A DNA stretch of 35,717 nucleotides from an uncultured Bacilli bacterium (GCA_947584105.1 CANPWK010000001.1:1-35717), one strand, 5' to 3'; shown: positions 26,742 to 35,427, counted from the first letter of the stretch. Notes: generated from the sequence alone by a model not told the origin. Numbers and translations are program-made.

Positions 26742-27092
26742 ATTAAAAAAATAAATATATTACAAAAAAATATAGATTTTTCAAGAATAATTCATAATAA
26801 TAAAGCTTATATATTTAATGATTTTATTATATATATAGAAAAAAATGAAAATAATATCTATAAATTTGGAATTTCTGTTAGCAAAAAAATTGGAAATGCT
26901 GTAGTAAGAAATAAAATTAAAAGACAAGTAAAAAATATAATTGATAAAAAACACTATCAAAATTCTTTTAATTGTATTATAATAATTAAAAAAGGTTTTT
27001 TAAGAAAAAGTTTTAAAGAAAAAGAAAAAAATATATTTAATGCATTTAATGAATTAAATATAATTAAGGAGGAATACAATGAAAAAGCATAA
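26742..27092 (+). CDS. rnpA: Ribonuclease P protein component, probable ATT start (not in the ORF track)
   Basis: Open frame from the TGA at 26727 to the TAA at 27090 reads (I)KKINILQKNIDFSRIIHNNKAY...FGISVSKKIGNAVVRNKIKRQVKN... The RNR-type motif (AVVRNKIKR) and the position between rpmH and yidC identify RnpA. The frame has no ATG, GTG or TTG. GAGGAGG (26728..26734) is followed by ATT ATT at 26739/26742. Confidence 0.8.
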   Translation: MKKINILQKNIDFSRIIHNNKAYIFNDFIIYIEKNENNIYKFGISVSKKIGNAVVRNKIKRQVKNIIDKKHYQNSFNCIIIIKKGFLRKSFKEKEKNIFNAFNELNIIKEEYNEKA

Positions 27093-28074
27093 ATTATTAT
27101 CGATATTATTAATTTTAGTTTTATTAACAGGATGTACAAAGCAATTAAAAGATGAAGATGGAAAGATTGTAAAAAATAATGAAACAGGTCAAACTTTACC
27201 ATCTAACATATTGTGTAAGCCAACAGATAAAGATATAGTTTCGTTATACAATAAAACAAGAGAAAACAAAATAAAAGATTTAGATAAAAAGCTTAAAAAT
27301 GATGATATAACTAAAAGTGATTATAAAAAGCAAAAAAATAGTCTAATGGATATTTCAAAACTTCCTAGTTGTAATAATTTTAAAGTGACTTCAGGCAAAT
27401 ATGAAGGTATTTGGACAACATTATTTATCAAACCTTTAGCATGGATTATAATTAAATTTGGTGAACTTTTTAAAAATTATGGTGTTGCAGTTATTATAGT
27501 TACATTAATTATCAGATTGATTTTATATCCAATTACTAAAAAGGCAGCAAAACAATCAGAATTATTAAAATTAGCTCAAAAAGATTTAAATAAGATTGAA
27601 AATAAATATAAAAATAAAACAGATAGAGATTCTATGACATTAAAAAGTCAAGAAATGATGATGATATATAAAAAATATGGTATAAATCCTATGTCAGGAT
27701 GTATATTTGGATTTTTACAAATCCCATTATTTCTAGCATTCTATGAATCATTATATAGATTACCAGCTTTATTTGAAGATAAATTTCTAGTATTTAATAT
27801 GGCAACAACTCCAATATCAGGAATGTCACATAATAATTATTTATATTTAATTTTACCTATATTAGTAGGTATTGTAACCTATTTTTCATTTAAATTAAAT
27901 AGTGGAGCCTCATTAGATAATGGTCAAGAAAAACAAATGAAAACTATGACTAATATTATGTTAGTAATAATACTATTTACTTCATTTTCAATGTCCACAG
28001 CAATTATATTATATTGGATTACAAATAGTACTTTTACAATCATTCAAAATTTGTTAGTGAAAAGGAGTAAATAA
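27079..28074 (+). CDS. yidC: Membrane protein insertase YidC/SpoIIIJ (lipoprotein form)
   Basis: Lipobox LLTGC at the N-terminus, YidC/Oxa1 core (ISGKYEGIWTTLFIKPLAWII, QIPLFLAFY), and a basic C-terminus. Confidence 0.93.
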   Translation: MKKHKLLSILLILVLLTGCTKQLKDEDGKIVKNNETGQTLPSNILCKPTDKDIVSLYNKTRENKIKDLDKKLKNDDITKSDYKKQKNSLMDISKLPSCNNFKVTSGKYEGIWTTLFIKPLAWIIIKFGELFKNYGVAVIIVTLIIRLILYPITKKAAKQSELLKLAQKDLNKIENKYKNKTDRDSMTLKSQEMMMIYKKYGINPMSGCIFGFLQIPLFLAFYESLYRLPALFEDKFLVFNMATTPISGMSHNNYLYLILPILVGIVTYFSFKLNSGASLDNGQEKQMKTMTNIMLVIILFTSFSMSTAIILYWITNSTFTIIQNLLVKRSK

Positions 28075-28076
28075 TT

Positions 28077-28673
28077 ATGATAGAAGTATATAATTTTGAA
28101 GGTCAAACAGAAGAAGAATGTAGATTAAATTGTCTAAATACATTAGATATTTATGATAATGAAATAATAAGTAAAGAATATCAAGAAGATAATGTTTATA
28201 AAATGGAAGTTGTAAAAATTGAACAAATAATTCAATTTATTGATAAATATTTAAAAGAACTTTTCTTAAAAATGAATATTAAAGCTAATTATAATATAAA
28301 TGAGGAAGATAAAATATTTACTGTTGAAATTAAAGGAACAGATAATTCTATATTAATAGGTAAAGATGGTAAAAATTTATCTTCATTACAAACTATTATA
28401 AGACAAGTGCTTAGAAATATGATTGATTTTAATATTAGAATTAATTTAGATGTAGCAAATTATAAATTAAGAAAGCAAAAATATTTTGCTCAAGACATTA
28501 AAAAAATTATTAATGAAGTTTTAGCAACTAAAACAAGTACTAAGTTAGATCCAATGAATTCTTTTAATAGAAGAATTGTTCATAATGTTGCCAGTAACTA
28601 CTATAATATAGAAACTATTAGTACTGGTGAAGAACCAAATCGCTGTGTAACAATAAATTATGTAGAAAAATAA
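28077..28673 (+). CDS. jag: Jag/KhpB RNA-binding protein (Jag_N, KH, R3H)
   Basis: KH-like segment LIGKDGKNLSSLQTI and R3H segment MNSFNRRIVHNVAS. Conserved position after yidC. Confidence 0.9.
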   Translation: MIEVYNFEGQTEEECRLNCLNTLDIYDNEIISKEYQEDNVYKMEVVKIEQIIQFIDKYLKELFLKMNIKANYNINEEDKIFTVEIKGTDNSILIGKDGKNLSSLQTIIRQVLRNMIDFNIRINLDVANYKLRKQKYFAQDIKKIINEVLATKTSTKLDPMNSFNRRIVHNVASNYYNIETISTGEEPNRCVTINYVEK

Positions 28674-28696
28674 TACTATGTTAATAGTATTTTTTT
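28672..28696 (+). terminator. Intrinsic terminator after jag
   Basis: 8-bp stem AATACTAT / ATAGTATT with loop GTTA, followed by T6 running into the mnmE SD. Confidence 0.6.
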
Positions 28697-28706
28697 GGAG
28701 GTAAAT

Positions 28707-30056
28707 ATGAATGATACAATAGCTGCAATATCAACATCTTCTGGAATTGGAGCAATATCAATAATAAGAGTAAGTGGTAAGGATAGTATAAAAATTACAA
28801 ATAAAATATTTAAAGGTAAAGATTTATCGCAAGTGCAAGATCATTCTATTAATTATGGATATATTGTAGATAAAGACAATAAAATAGATGAAGTATTGAT
28901 AAGTGTAATGAGAGCGCCTAAAACATTTACTCGTGAAGATGTGGTAGAAATAAATACACATAATGGTATAGCTATTACAAATAAGGTATTAGAGTTATTG
29001 CTTTTAAATGGTTGTCGATTGGCTGAACCAGGCGAATTTACTAAACGAGCATTTTTAAATGGACGAATTGATTTAATAGAAGCAGAAGGTGTAATGGATT
29101 TAATAAATGCTAAAACAGAAAAAGCTAGAAAAATTGCTATGAATGAAGTAAATGGTGAAGTATCTACATTAATTAAAAATTTGCGACAAAAATTAATAGA
29201 AATACTTGCCAATATAGAAGTTAATATAGATTATCCAGAATATGAAGATATAGAAGAAATGACTAATAAAAATATTTTGGAAAATGTAGAAAATATATCA
29301 TTTGAAATTAATAATATATTAAGTAAATCTGAAGATATGAAAATAATAAAAGAAGGAATTAAAACAATTATAATAGGTAGTCCTAATGTAGGAAAAAGTA
29401 GTATTTTAAATAGACTTTTAAATGAAGAAAAAGCAATAGTAACTGATATTGCTGGAACAACACGTGATATAGTTGAAGGTAGTATTCAAATAGATGGAAT
29501 AGTTCTTAATATCTTAGATACAGCAGGTATTAGGAAGACTAATGATATAGTTGAAAGTATAGGAGTAAAAAAAAGTTTAGATTTAATCAATAATGCTGAT
29601 TTAATTCTTTATGTACTTAATAATAATGAAATAATAAGTGAAGAAGAAAAAGAAATTTTGAAAAAAATCCAAAATAAAAATCACATTATTATAGTAAATA
29701 AAGTAGACTTAAAGAAAAAAATAGATTTATCAATACTTGATAATTACATTGAAATGTCTATAAAAAATGATACTGGCATAGAAGATTTAAGAAAAAAAAT
29801 TAAAGAAATATTTAAATTAGAGAAAATTAATACTAGCGATTTTACTTATCTTAGTAGTGCGAGAAGTATATCTTTATTAAAAAAGGCATTAATTTCATTA
29901 GAAGATGTAAAAAAAGGTATAGAAGAAAATATACCTGTTGATATGGTTGAAATAGATTTAAAAAATATATGGAGTACTCTAGGTGAAATAATAGGTGAAA
30001 CATATACAGATGAGCTCATAGATCAATTGTTTAGTCAATTTTGTTTAGGAAAATAA
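28707..30056 (+). CDS. mnmE: tRNA modification GTPase MnmE (TrmE)
   Basis: MNDTIAAIST, G1 motif GSPNVGKSSILN, DTAGIR, NKVD and the C-terminal FCLGK. The ORF track begins at TTG 28695, but GGAGG followed by ATG at 28707 is more likely. Confidence 0.96.
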   Translation: MNDTIAAISTSSGIGAISIIRVSGKDSIKITNKIFKGKDLSQVQDHSINYGYIVDKDNKIDEVLISVMRAPKTFTREDVVEINTHNGIAITNKVLELLLLNGCRLAEPGEFTKRAFLNGRIDLIEAEGVMDLINAKTEKARKIAMNEVNGEVSTLIKNLRQKLIEILANIEVNIDYPEYEDIEEMTNKNILENVENISFEINNILSKSEDMKIIKEGIKTIIIGSPNVGKSSILNRLLNEEKAIVTDIAGTTRDIVEGSIQIDGIVLNILDTAGIRKTNDIVESIGVKKSLDLINNADLILYVLNNNEIISEEEKEILKKIQNKNHIIIVNKVDLKKKIDLSILDNYIEMSIKNDTGIEDLRKKIKEIFKLEKINTSDFTYLSSARSISLLKKALISLEDVKKGIEENIPVDMVEIDLKNIWSTLGEIIGETYTDELIDQLFSQFCLGK

Positions 30057-30078
30057 TATACTATTTGTATATTTTTTT
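30056..30078 (+). terminator. Weak AT-rich terminator after mnmE
   Basis: ATATAC-TATTT-GTATAT followed by T7. Confidence 0.4.
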
Positions 30079-30161
30079 AATAGTTTTTTTAAAGAGTTAT
30101 TAAATAATAAAATATAAAATTATATTGAAAGTTAATTATAAATTTTAAAATAAGCTATTAA

Positions 30162-30671
30162 TTATTTGTTAATAAATATATAATATGGAATAAAAGATGC
30201 CAATGTGTTTTTCAATTTTAACATTTTAGCATTAGGACAATACTTTTTTAATTCATCCTTAGGTCCTGAATATTTAATAAATGCTAATCTACTTTCTGTT
30301 TCTAACATGATGAGCGAAGAGCTTACATGTACTGCTATAACTTCATATCTATTTACAGTTGTTATTAAACGAGATTTAGGAGCAATTGCTAATTCAGAAA
30401 CAATCATTTTATCATTTTCAAAAATTATATTGTCATACAAATTATTAACTAGTTCAAGAATTTCTGGATGATGTTTTATAATAGGCGATAAATTTATATT
30501 AGATATCTCAAAACCATAAATAAATAGAAGCAATTCAACTAAAGTTATTATGCCAAAAAATATTGTTCCTCCAAGTGGTTCTGCTTCAATAATAGAGAAT
30601 AAAGTCATAACCCCAAAAAACAATAATATTGGATAACTAACAAAAATTATGATTAATCCCATAACTTCCAT
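30162..30671 (-). CDS. Hypothetical membrane protein (two N-terminal TM helices plus a ~110-aa soluble domain)
   Basis: 169-aa ORF on the opposite strand between mnmE and mnmG. No family recognised. The frame stays open upstream to an ATT at 30722 that is preceded by AAAGGTGAGGG. Confidence 0.6.
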   Translation of the reverse strand: MEVMGLIIIFVSYPILLFFGVMTLFSIIEAEPLGGTIFFGIITLVELLLFIYGFEISNINLSPIIKHHPEILELVNNLYDNIIFENDKMIVSELAIAPKSRLITTVNRYEVIAVHVSSSLIMLETESRLAFIKYSGPKDELKKYCPNAKMLKLKNTLASFIPYYIFINK

Positions 30672-30910
30672 CTGCTTTTTTAATCGTTTTATTCCATTAT
30701 TACTATTAGAAAAATCTTTAATATGCCCTCACCTTTTTAATAATTATATAAATATTCTTAATATTAAATTTATTTAGAACCCCATTTTATAAATATTACT
30801 ATTCTAGTATAGCATAAATATATAAAAAAAGACAAGTAATATTGATTTAATTTAATTAACAGTAATAATGTATTTATTATACTTTATTAATTTTTTATTT
30901 TAAATATTTA

Positions 30911-30939
30911 TTGTTAAATATAAAAAAAGATAGTATAAT
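30911..30939 (+). promoter_or_regulatory. Putative sigma-A promoter of mnmG-rsmG
   Basis: TTGTTA (30911..30916), 17 nt, TATAAT (30934..30939). Confidence 0.6.
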
Positions 30940-30972
30940 ATCGATTAGTAAAATGTGATTAGAGGTGAAAAA

Positions 30973-32844
30973 ATGTATGAAGTTATTATAGTCGGTGGAG
31001 GGCATGCTGGATGTGAAGCAAGTTTGGCATGTGCTAGAACTAATCATAAAACATTACTTGTAACAGGAAATATAAAAAATATTGCAGATATGCCTTGTAA
31101 TCCATCTATTGGCGGAAGTGCTAAAGGGATAGTTGTAAGAGAAATAGATGCTCTAGGTGGTGAAATGGGGCGAAATGCAGATAAAAGTTTACTTCAAATA
31201 AAGATGTTAAATAGTGCAAAAGGACCTGCAGTTCGTGCTCTTCGTGCTCAAGCAGATAAAGTAACTTATCCTAAAAATATGTTAAATACATTAAAAAATA
31301 CATCTAATCTAGAAATAAAAGAAGCTATAGTAGAAAATTTAATAGTTGAAAATAATACAGTTAAAGGAATAATTCTTGAAGATGGCAGTAAAATTGAAAG
31401 TAAAATAGTTATCCTTACAACAGGGACATACCTAAAATCAGATATATTAATTGGAGATACGAGAACTAGGAAAGGTCCACATGGAGAAAAACCTAGTAAT
31501 CATCTAAGTGATAAATTAAAAGAATATGGCTTTAAAATAATAAGACTTAAAACAGGTACGCCTCAAAGGATAGAAAAAAGTTCAATAGATTTTTCTAAAA
31601 CAAAAGAAGAACAAGGTGATGATAGATATTGGACCTTTAGTTTTGATAATGAAATATATTATAATAAAAATTCTCAAATACCTTGTCATTTAATCTATAC
31701 AACAGAGGAAACTCATAAAATAATTAGAGAAAATCTTAATAAATCGAGCATGTATGGAGGGCTTAATGATATTAAAGGAGTGGGACCACGATATTGTCCA
31801 TCTATAGAAGATAAAATAGTTCGTTTTGCTGATAAAGAAAGACATCAATTATTTTTAGAGCCAGAAAGTATCTATTATGATGATATATATATTCAAGGTT
31901 TTTCAACAAGTATGCCTTATGATATTCAAGAAAAAATGGTACATAGTTTACCTGGATTAGAGCATGCCAAAATAAACAAATATGCTTATGCCATAGAATA
32001 TGATGCCATAGATGCTAGACAATTAAAGCAATCGCTTGAGACTAAAGTAATAAAAAATTTATATACAGCAGGTCAAATCAATGGAACAAGTGGTTACGAA
32101 GAAGCTGCAGGTCAAGGATTAATTGCAGGAATAAACGCATCACTTAAATTGGATGGAAAAGAACCATTAATACTTAAGAGAAATGAGGCATATATTGGAG
32201 TTTTAATAGATGACTTAGTTACAAAAGGAATTATTGATCCATATCGTTTATTGACATCGCGTGCTGAATATAGACTTCTTTTAAGACATGATAATGCGGA
32301 TATGCGTCTTAGAGAGTATGGATATAATGTTGGATTAGTATCTAAAAAAAAGTATGATAAATTTTTAGTCAAGAAAAAAGAAATAAATAATTTAACAGAG
32401 TATTTAAAAAATACTAAATTGACTCCTAGAAAGGAAATAAATGATCAATTAAAAAAATTAGGTTTATCTGAAATTAAAGAAAGTATATCTCTGTATAATT
32501 TAGTAAAAAGACCAGAAGTAAAAATAGAAAAATTACAAATATTCATAGATATACAATATAGTTTAGAAGTAATGGAACAAGTTGAAATAAATATAAAATA
32601 TGAAGGATACATAAAGAAATCTTTAGCAGAAGCTGAAAGGATGATTAATTTAGATAATAAAAAAATACCTGAAGATATAAATTATGATAAAATACATAAT
32701 TTAGCAAGTGAAGCAAAACAGAAGTTAAAACAAATTAGACCAACATCAATAGGACAAGCTTTAAGAATAAGTGGTGTTAACCCAGCTGATATATCATTAA
32801 TTATGATATATATAAAAAAGGAGTATTTCTATGAATCAAGATAA
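30973..32844 (+). CDS. mnmG: tRNA uridine 5-carboxymethylaminomethyl modification enzyme MnmG (GidA)
   Basis: FAD motif YEVIIVGGGHAGCEA, GPRYCPSIEDK and GQINGTSGYEEAA. The ORF track starts at GTG 30955, but AGAGGTGA followed by ATG at 30973 is more likely. Confidence 0.97.
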   Translation: MYEVIIVGGGHAGCEASLACARTNHKTLLVTGNIKNIADMPCNPSIGGSAKGIVVREIDALGGEMGRNADKSLLQIKMLNSAKGPAVRALRAQADKVTYPKNMLNTLKNTSNLEIKEAIVENLIVENNTVKGIILEDGSKIESKIVILTTGTYLKSDILIGDTRTRKGPHGEKPSNHLSDKLKEYGFKIIRLKTGTPQRIEKSSIDFSKTKEEQGDDRYWTFSFDNEIYYNKNSQIPCHLIYTTEETHKIIRENLNKSSMYGGLNDIKGVGPRYCPSIEDKIVRFADKERHQLFLEPESIYYDDIYIQGFSTSMPYDIQEKMVHSLPGLEHAKINKYAYAIEYDAIDARQLKQSLETKVIKNLYTAGQINGTSGYEEAAGQGLIAGINASLKLDGKEPLILKRNEAYIGVLIDDLVTKGIIDPYRLLTSRAEYRLLLRHDNADMRLREYGYNVGLVSKKKYDKFLVKKKEINNLTEYLKNTKLTPRKEINDQLKKLGLSEIKESISLYNLVKRPEVKIEKLQIFIDIQYSLEVMEQVEINIKYEGYIKKSLAEAERMINLDNKKIPEDINYDKIHNLASEAKQKLKQIRPTSIGQALRISGVNPADISLIMIYIKKEYFYESR

Positions 32845-33535
32845 ATTTATAGAAGAGATTAAAAAAATTGGGATAGAAATAACAGAAGATAAATTATTAC
32901 AATTGGAAAAATATTATGAATTATTAATAAAATACAATGAATTTATTAATTTAACGAGTATAACTAATAAAAAGGAAGTATATTTAAAACATTTTTATGA
33001 TTCTATAACAATTAGTAAAATAATTGATTTAAATAAAGAAAAAAGTTTATGTGATTTAGGTAGTGGAGCAGGATTTCCTGGTATTGTTATAAAAATATTT
33101 TTTCCTCATTTAGAAATTACATTAATTGATTCATTAAATAAAAGAGTAAAATTTTTAAATACTGTTATTGAAGAATTAAATTTAAAAGGAATAAAAGCAA
33201 TTCATATAAGAATAGAAGAATATGCCAAATGTAATAAAGAAAAATATGATATAGTTACTGCAAGGGCTGTTGCATCTTTAAATATTTTACTTGAACTGGG
33301 GATTAATTTAGTTAAAGTTGGGAAATATTTTATAGCAATGAAAGGAAATATTAATAATGAATTGCAATATAAAAATATAATAAAAAAATTAAATTGTTCT
33401 ATTGAAAATATTATAGAATTTCAATTACCAATTGAAAATAGTAAAAGAAGTTTAATAAAAATAAAAAAAGAAAAATCTACTCCAAAAATATTTCCCAGAA
33501 AATATAGTGAGGTAAAAAAGAATCCTTTAATATAA
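32831..33535 (+). CDS. rsmG: 16S rRNA (guanine527-N7)-methyltransferase RsmG (GidB)
   Basis: HFYDSI and the SAM motif DLGSGAGFPGIV. 234 aa. Conserved position after mnmG. Confidence 0.95.
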   Translation: MNQDKFIEEIKKIGIEITEDKLLQLEKYYELLIKYNEFINLTSITNKKEVYLKHFYDSITISKIIDLNKEKSLCDLGSGAGFPGIVIKIFFPHLEITLIDSLNKRVKFLNTVIEELNLKGIKAIHIRIEEYAKCNKEKYDIVTARAVASLNILLELGINLVKVGKYFIAMKGNINNELQYKNIIKKLNCSIENIIEFQLPIENSKRSLIKIKKEKSTPKIFPRKYSEVKKNPLI

Positions 33536-33556
33536 AAGTTTAAAGGATTTTTATTT
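33521..33556 (+). terminator. Intrinsic terminator after rsmG
   Basis: 10-bp stem AATCCTTTAA / TTAAAGGATT with a 9-nt loop, followed by TTTTATTT. It overlaps the rsmG stop codon. Confidence 0.7.
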
Positions 33557-33598
33557 CCCAAAATATTTTAATATGCTATTGCATTATTTCCCAAAATA
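33552..33598. promoter_or_regulatory. Two copies of TTATTTCCCAAAATAT (NBS-like half-site motif) in the noc promoter region
   Basis: Exact 16-mers at 33551..33566 and 33584..33599, 33 bp apart. The second fills the 17-nt spacer between TTGCAT (33579..33584) and TAATAT (33602..33607). A related ATATTTCCCAGAAAATAT lies at 33488..33505. Confidence 0.6.
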
Positions 33599-33634
33599 TA
33601 GTAATATAATAATAAGAATAGAAAGGAGTTAAAA

Positions 33635-35266
33635 ATGCAAGATAACAAGGGAATTAATAAAGTAATTGAATTAGAAAATAATGATATCCTACCTAATAGA
33701 TTTCAACCTAGAAAATATTTTGATGAAGAAGAAATATTGCAGTTATCAGAATCGATTAAAGAACATGGTGTACTAAATCCAATAATAGTTAGAAGACTCG
33801 GAGATAAATACGAATTAGTTGCTGGCGAAAGAAGATATAAAGCCAATATTTTAGCAGGAAATGATAAAATTCCAGCTATTGTTATGGATGTAAACGATAA
33901 AGAGAGTTCAGAAATAGCAGTAGTAGAAAATATTCAAAGAAAAGATTTAAATGCAATAGAAGAAGCTATTTCATATAAAAGAATATTAGACATAGGCTAT
34001 ATGACTCAAGAACAGTTAGCACGCAAAATGGGAAAAAGTCAATCATCAATTGCTAATAAAATAAGATTATTAAAATTGTCAGATGAAGTTCAAGATGCTT
34101 TAATGAAAAAACAAATATCAGAAAGACATGCAAGGTCATTACTAAGATTAGAGTCAATAAGCAAGCAAAATGAATTATTAAAAAGAATTATTGATGAAAG
34201 ATTAACTGTAAGAAAAACGGATGAGGAGATAGAAAAAATGAATAATAATATTAATGCCAATATTTTAAATAATGAGTATTCTCAAGATAATAATACAAAT
34301 AACTATATAAATAATAATATAAATGCAAATAATAATATAAATAATAATAATATGGAGAATAATCTAAATAACAATAATATAGATAATATATATTCTCAAA
34401 ATATTAATGGATTTAATCAAAATATGCAAATGAATAACCAAATAAATAGAAATATAACTAATTTTAATTCAGATCAAAATCAACAATCTACTATAACTAA
34501 TTTTAATGATGTAATTTTAACTAAAGATGAAAAAATACCAGAAGTACCAAGTACTAATCCAATAGAAGAAAATATTACACCAATAATGCCTGATAAATCA
34601 GTACCAGAAGTTGATTTATCAACTTTCCAAGAGGAAAATAATACAGATTTAAATACAATTAATAATGACATTTTTAAAAATAATTCTCAAATACCTGTTA
34701 GTGATTTTAATTTAGATAATCAAGTAGTAATGCAAGATAATATAAATTCTAATTTTATTTCTTTAGATGATAGTACCAAAAATCCAGTAAATGATAACGT
34801 AAATATAAACAATGTAAATAATATAAAATTAGATTTAGATTCTAACATAGCAAGTCATAATTTAAATGATAATATTTTTATAAAACCTCAATCTGACATA
34901 GTAGAAAATGATAAAAATAATAATAATAATATTAAAATTAATGAAAATGAATATAATAATAATCAATCCAATATGTTTAAATCGTCGCCAATAATTGATA
35001 CTACAAATAATAATCAAGAAAATCAAAATAATAATTATCAATCAGAAGTGAAACCAGAACCAATTATAGTAAATGATTATAATCAACAATATGATCCTAT
35101 AATGCCAGAAAAAGAAAATATAAATCCAACAATTGATTTTAAATCTATCATAAATTTAATTAGAAAGTGTTCTGCAGCTATAGAAAATAGTGGATATAAA
35201 ATTGAAACAGAAGAATATAATTTAGATAATTTATATCAAGTTATATTTAAAATTGAAAAACAATAA
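33635..35266 (+). CDS. noc: ParB-family nucleoid occlusion protein (Noc-type) with a ~300-aa Asn-rich low-complexity insertion
   Basis: ParB N-domain (LPNRFQPRKYF, VAGERRYKA) and an HTH with Noc-type residues (GKSQSSIANKIRLLKL ... ISERHARSLL, against Spo0J GKSRPHIANHLRLLTL ... SMGHGRTLL). The C-terminal ~45 aa (IINLIRKCSAAIENSGYKIETEEYNLDNLYQVIFKIEKQ) resemble the Noc C-terminus ([35 protein letters not shown]). Conserved position after rsmG. Confidence 0.85.
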   Translation: MQDNKGINKVIELENNDILPNRFQPRKYFDEEEILQLSESIKEHGVLNPIIVRRLGDKYELVAGERRYKANILAGNDKIPAIVMDVNDKESSEIAVVENIQRKDLNAIEEAISYKRILDIGYMTQEQLARKMGKSQSSIANKIRLLKLSDEVQDALMKKQISERHARSLLRLESISKQNELLKRIIDERLTVRKTDEEIEKMNNNINANILNNEYSQDNNTNNYINNNINANNNINNNNMENNLNNNNIDNIYSQNINGFNQNMQMNNQINRNITNFNSDQNQQSTITNFNDVILTKDEKIPEVPSTNPIEENITPIMPDKSVPEVDLSTFQEENNTDLNTINNDIFKNNSQIPVSDFNLDNQVVMQDNINSNFISLDDSTKNPVNDNVNINNVNNIKLDLDSNIASHNLNDNIFIKPQSDIVENDKNNNNNIKINENEYNNNQSNMFKSSPIIDTTNNNQENQNNNYQSEVKPEPIIVNDYNQQYDPIMPEKENINPTIDFKSIINLIRKCSAAIENSGYKIETEEYNLDNLYQVIFKIEKQ

Positions 35267-35301
35267 AATTAGTTAATTATAAATAAAAATTATAATAATT
35301 C

Positions 35302-35334
35302 AAGCCTTATTAATATTAATAAGACTTTTTTTTT
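35302..35334 (+). terminator. Intrinsic terminator after noc
   Basis: AAGCCTTATTAAT / ATTAATAAGACTT stem with one mismatch, followed by T9. Confidence 0.65.
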
Positions 35335-35427
35335 AGTTAATATAATAAAAATTTTTAATTAATATAGTTTTTAGAATTATGTTTTAATTTATTATTTGCA
35401 TATCATAAAGTAGAAAAGGAGGATAAT

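Noticed and set aside
26957-27202. 81-aa minus-strand ORF across the rnpA/yidC junction
   Set aside because: It is antisense to two well-supported genes, has a low-complexity hydrophobic translation typical of AT-rich antisense frames, and has no SD.
28853-29212. 119-aa minus-strand ORF inside mnmE
   Set aside because: It is antisense to the conserved MnmE N-domain, with no SD and no motifs.
28695-30972. Upstream TTG/GTG starts given by the ORF track for mnmE (28695) and mnmG (30955), and likewise tatD (3624), cdd (11354) and ybaB (14916)
   Set aside because: In each case the extension contains the Shine-Dalgarno sequence itself. A downstream ATG at canonical spacing gives the conserved family N-terminus.
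1355-32372. Other short antisense ORFs from the track: 1355..1582, 3763..3951, 4052..4243, 5229..5456, 9060..9281, 13846..14076, 18391..18585, 19757..19999, 20585..20815, 21877..22176, 24054..24296, 30205..30471 and 32112..32372
   Set aside because: Each lies nested in or overlapping a strongly supported gene on the other strand, lacks a ribosome-binding site, and has no recognisable domain. Such ORFs are expected by chance in stop-poor antisense frames.
34235-35135. The Asn-rich stretch of noc as a separate gene, a frameshift artefact or non-coding AT-rich filler
   Set aside because: A single uninterrupted frame joins the ParB/HTH module to a recognisable Noc C-terminal domain. The antisense ORF 34480..34671 has no SD and is a by-product of the composition. 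An assembly artefact cannot be fully excluded and is noted in the finding.
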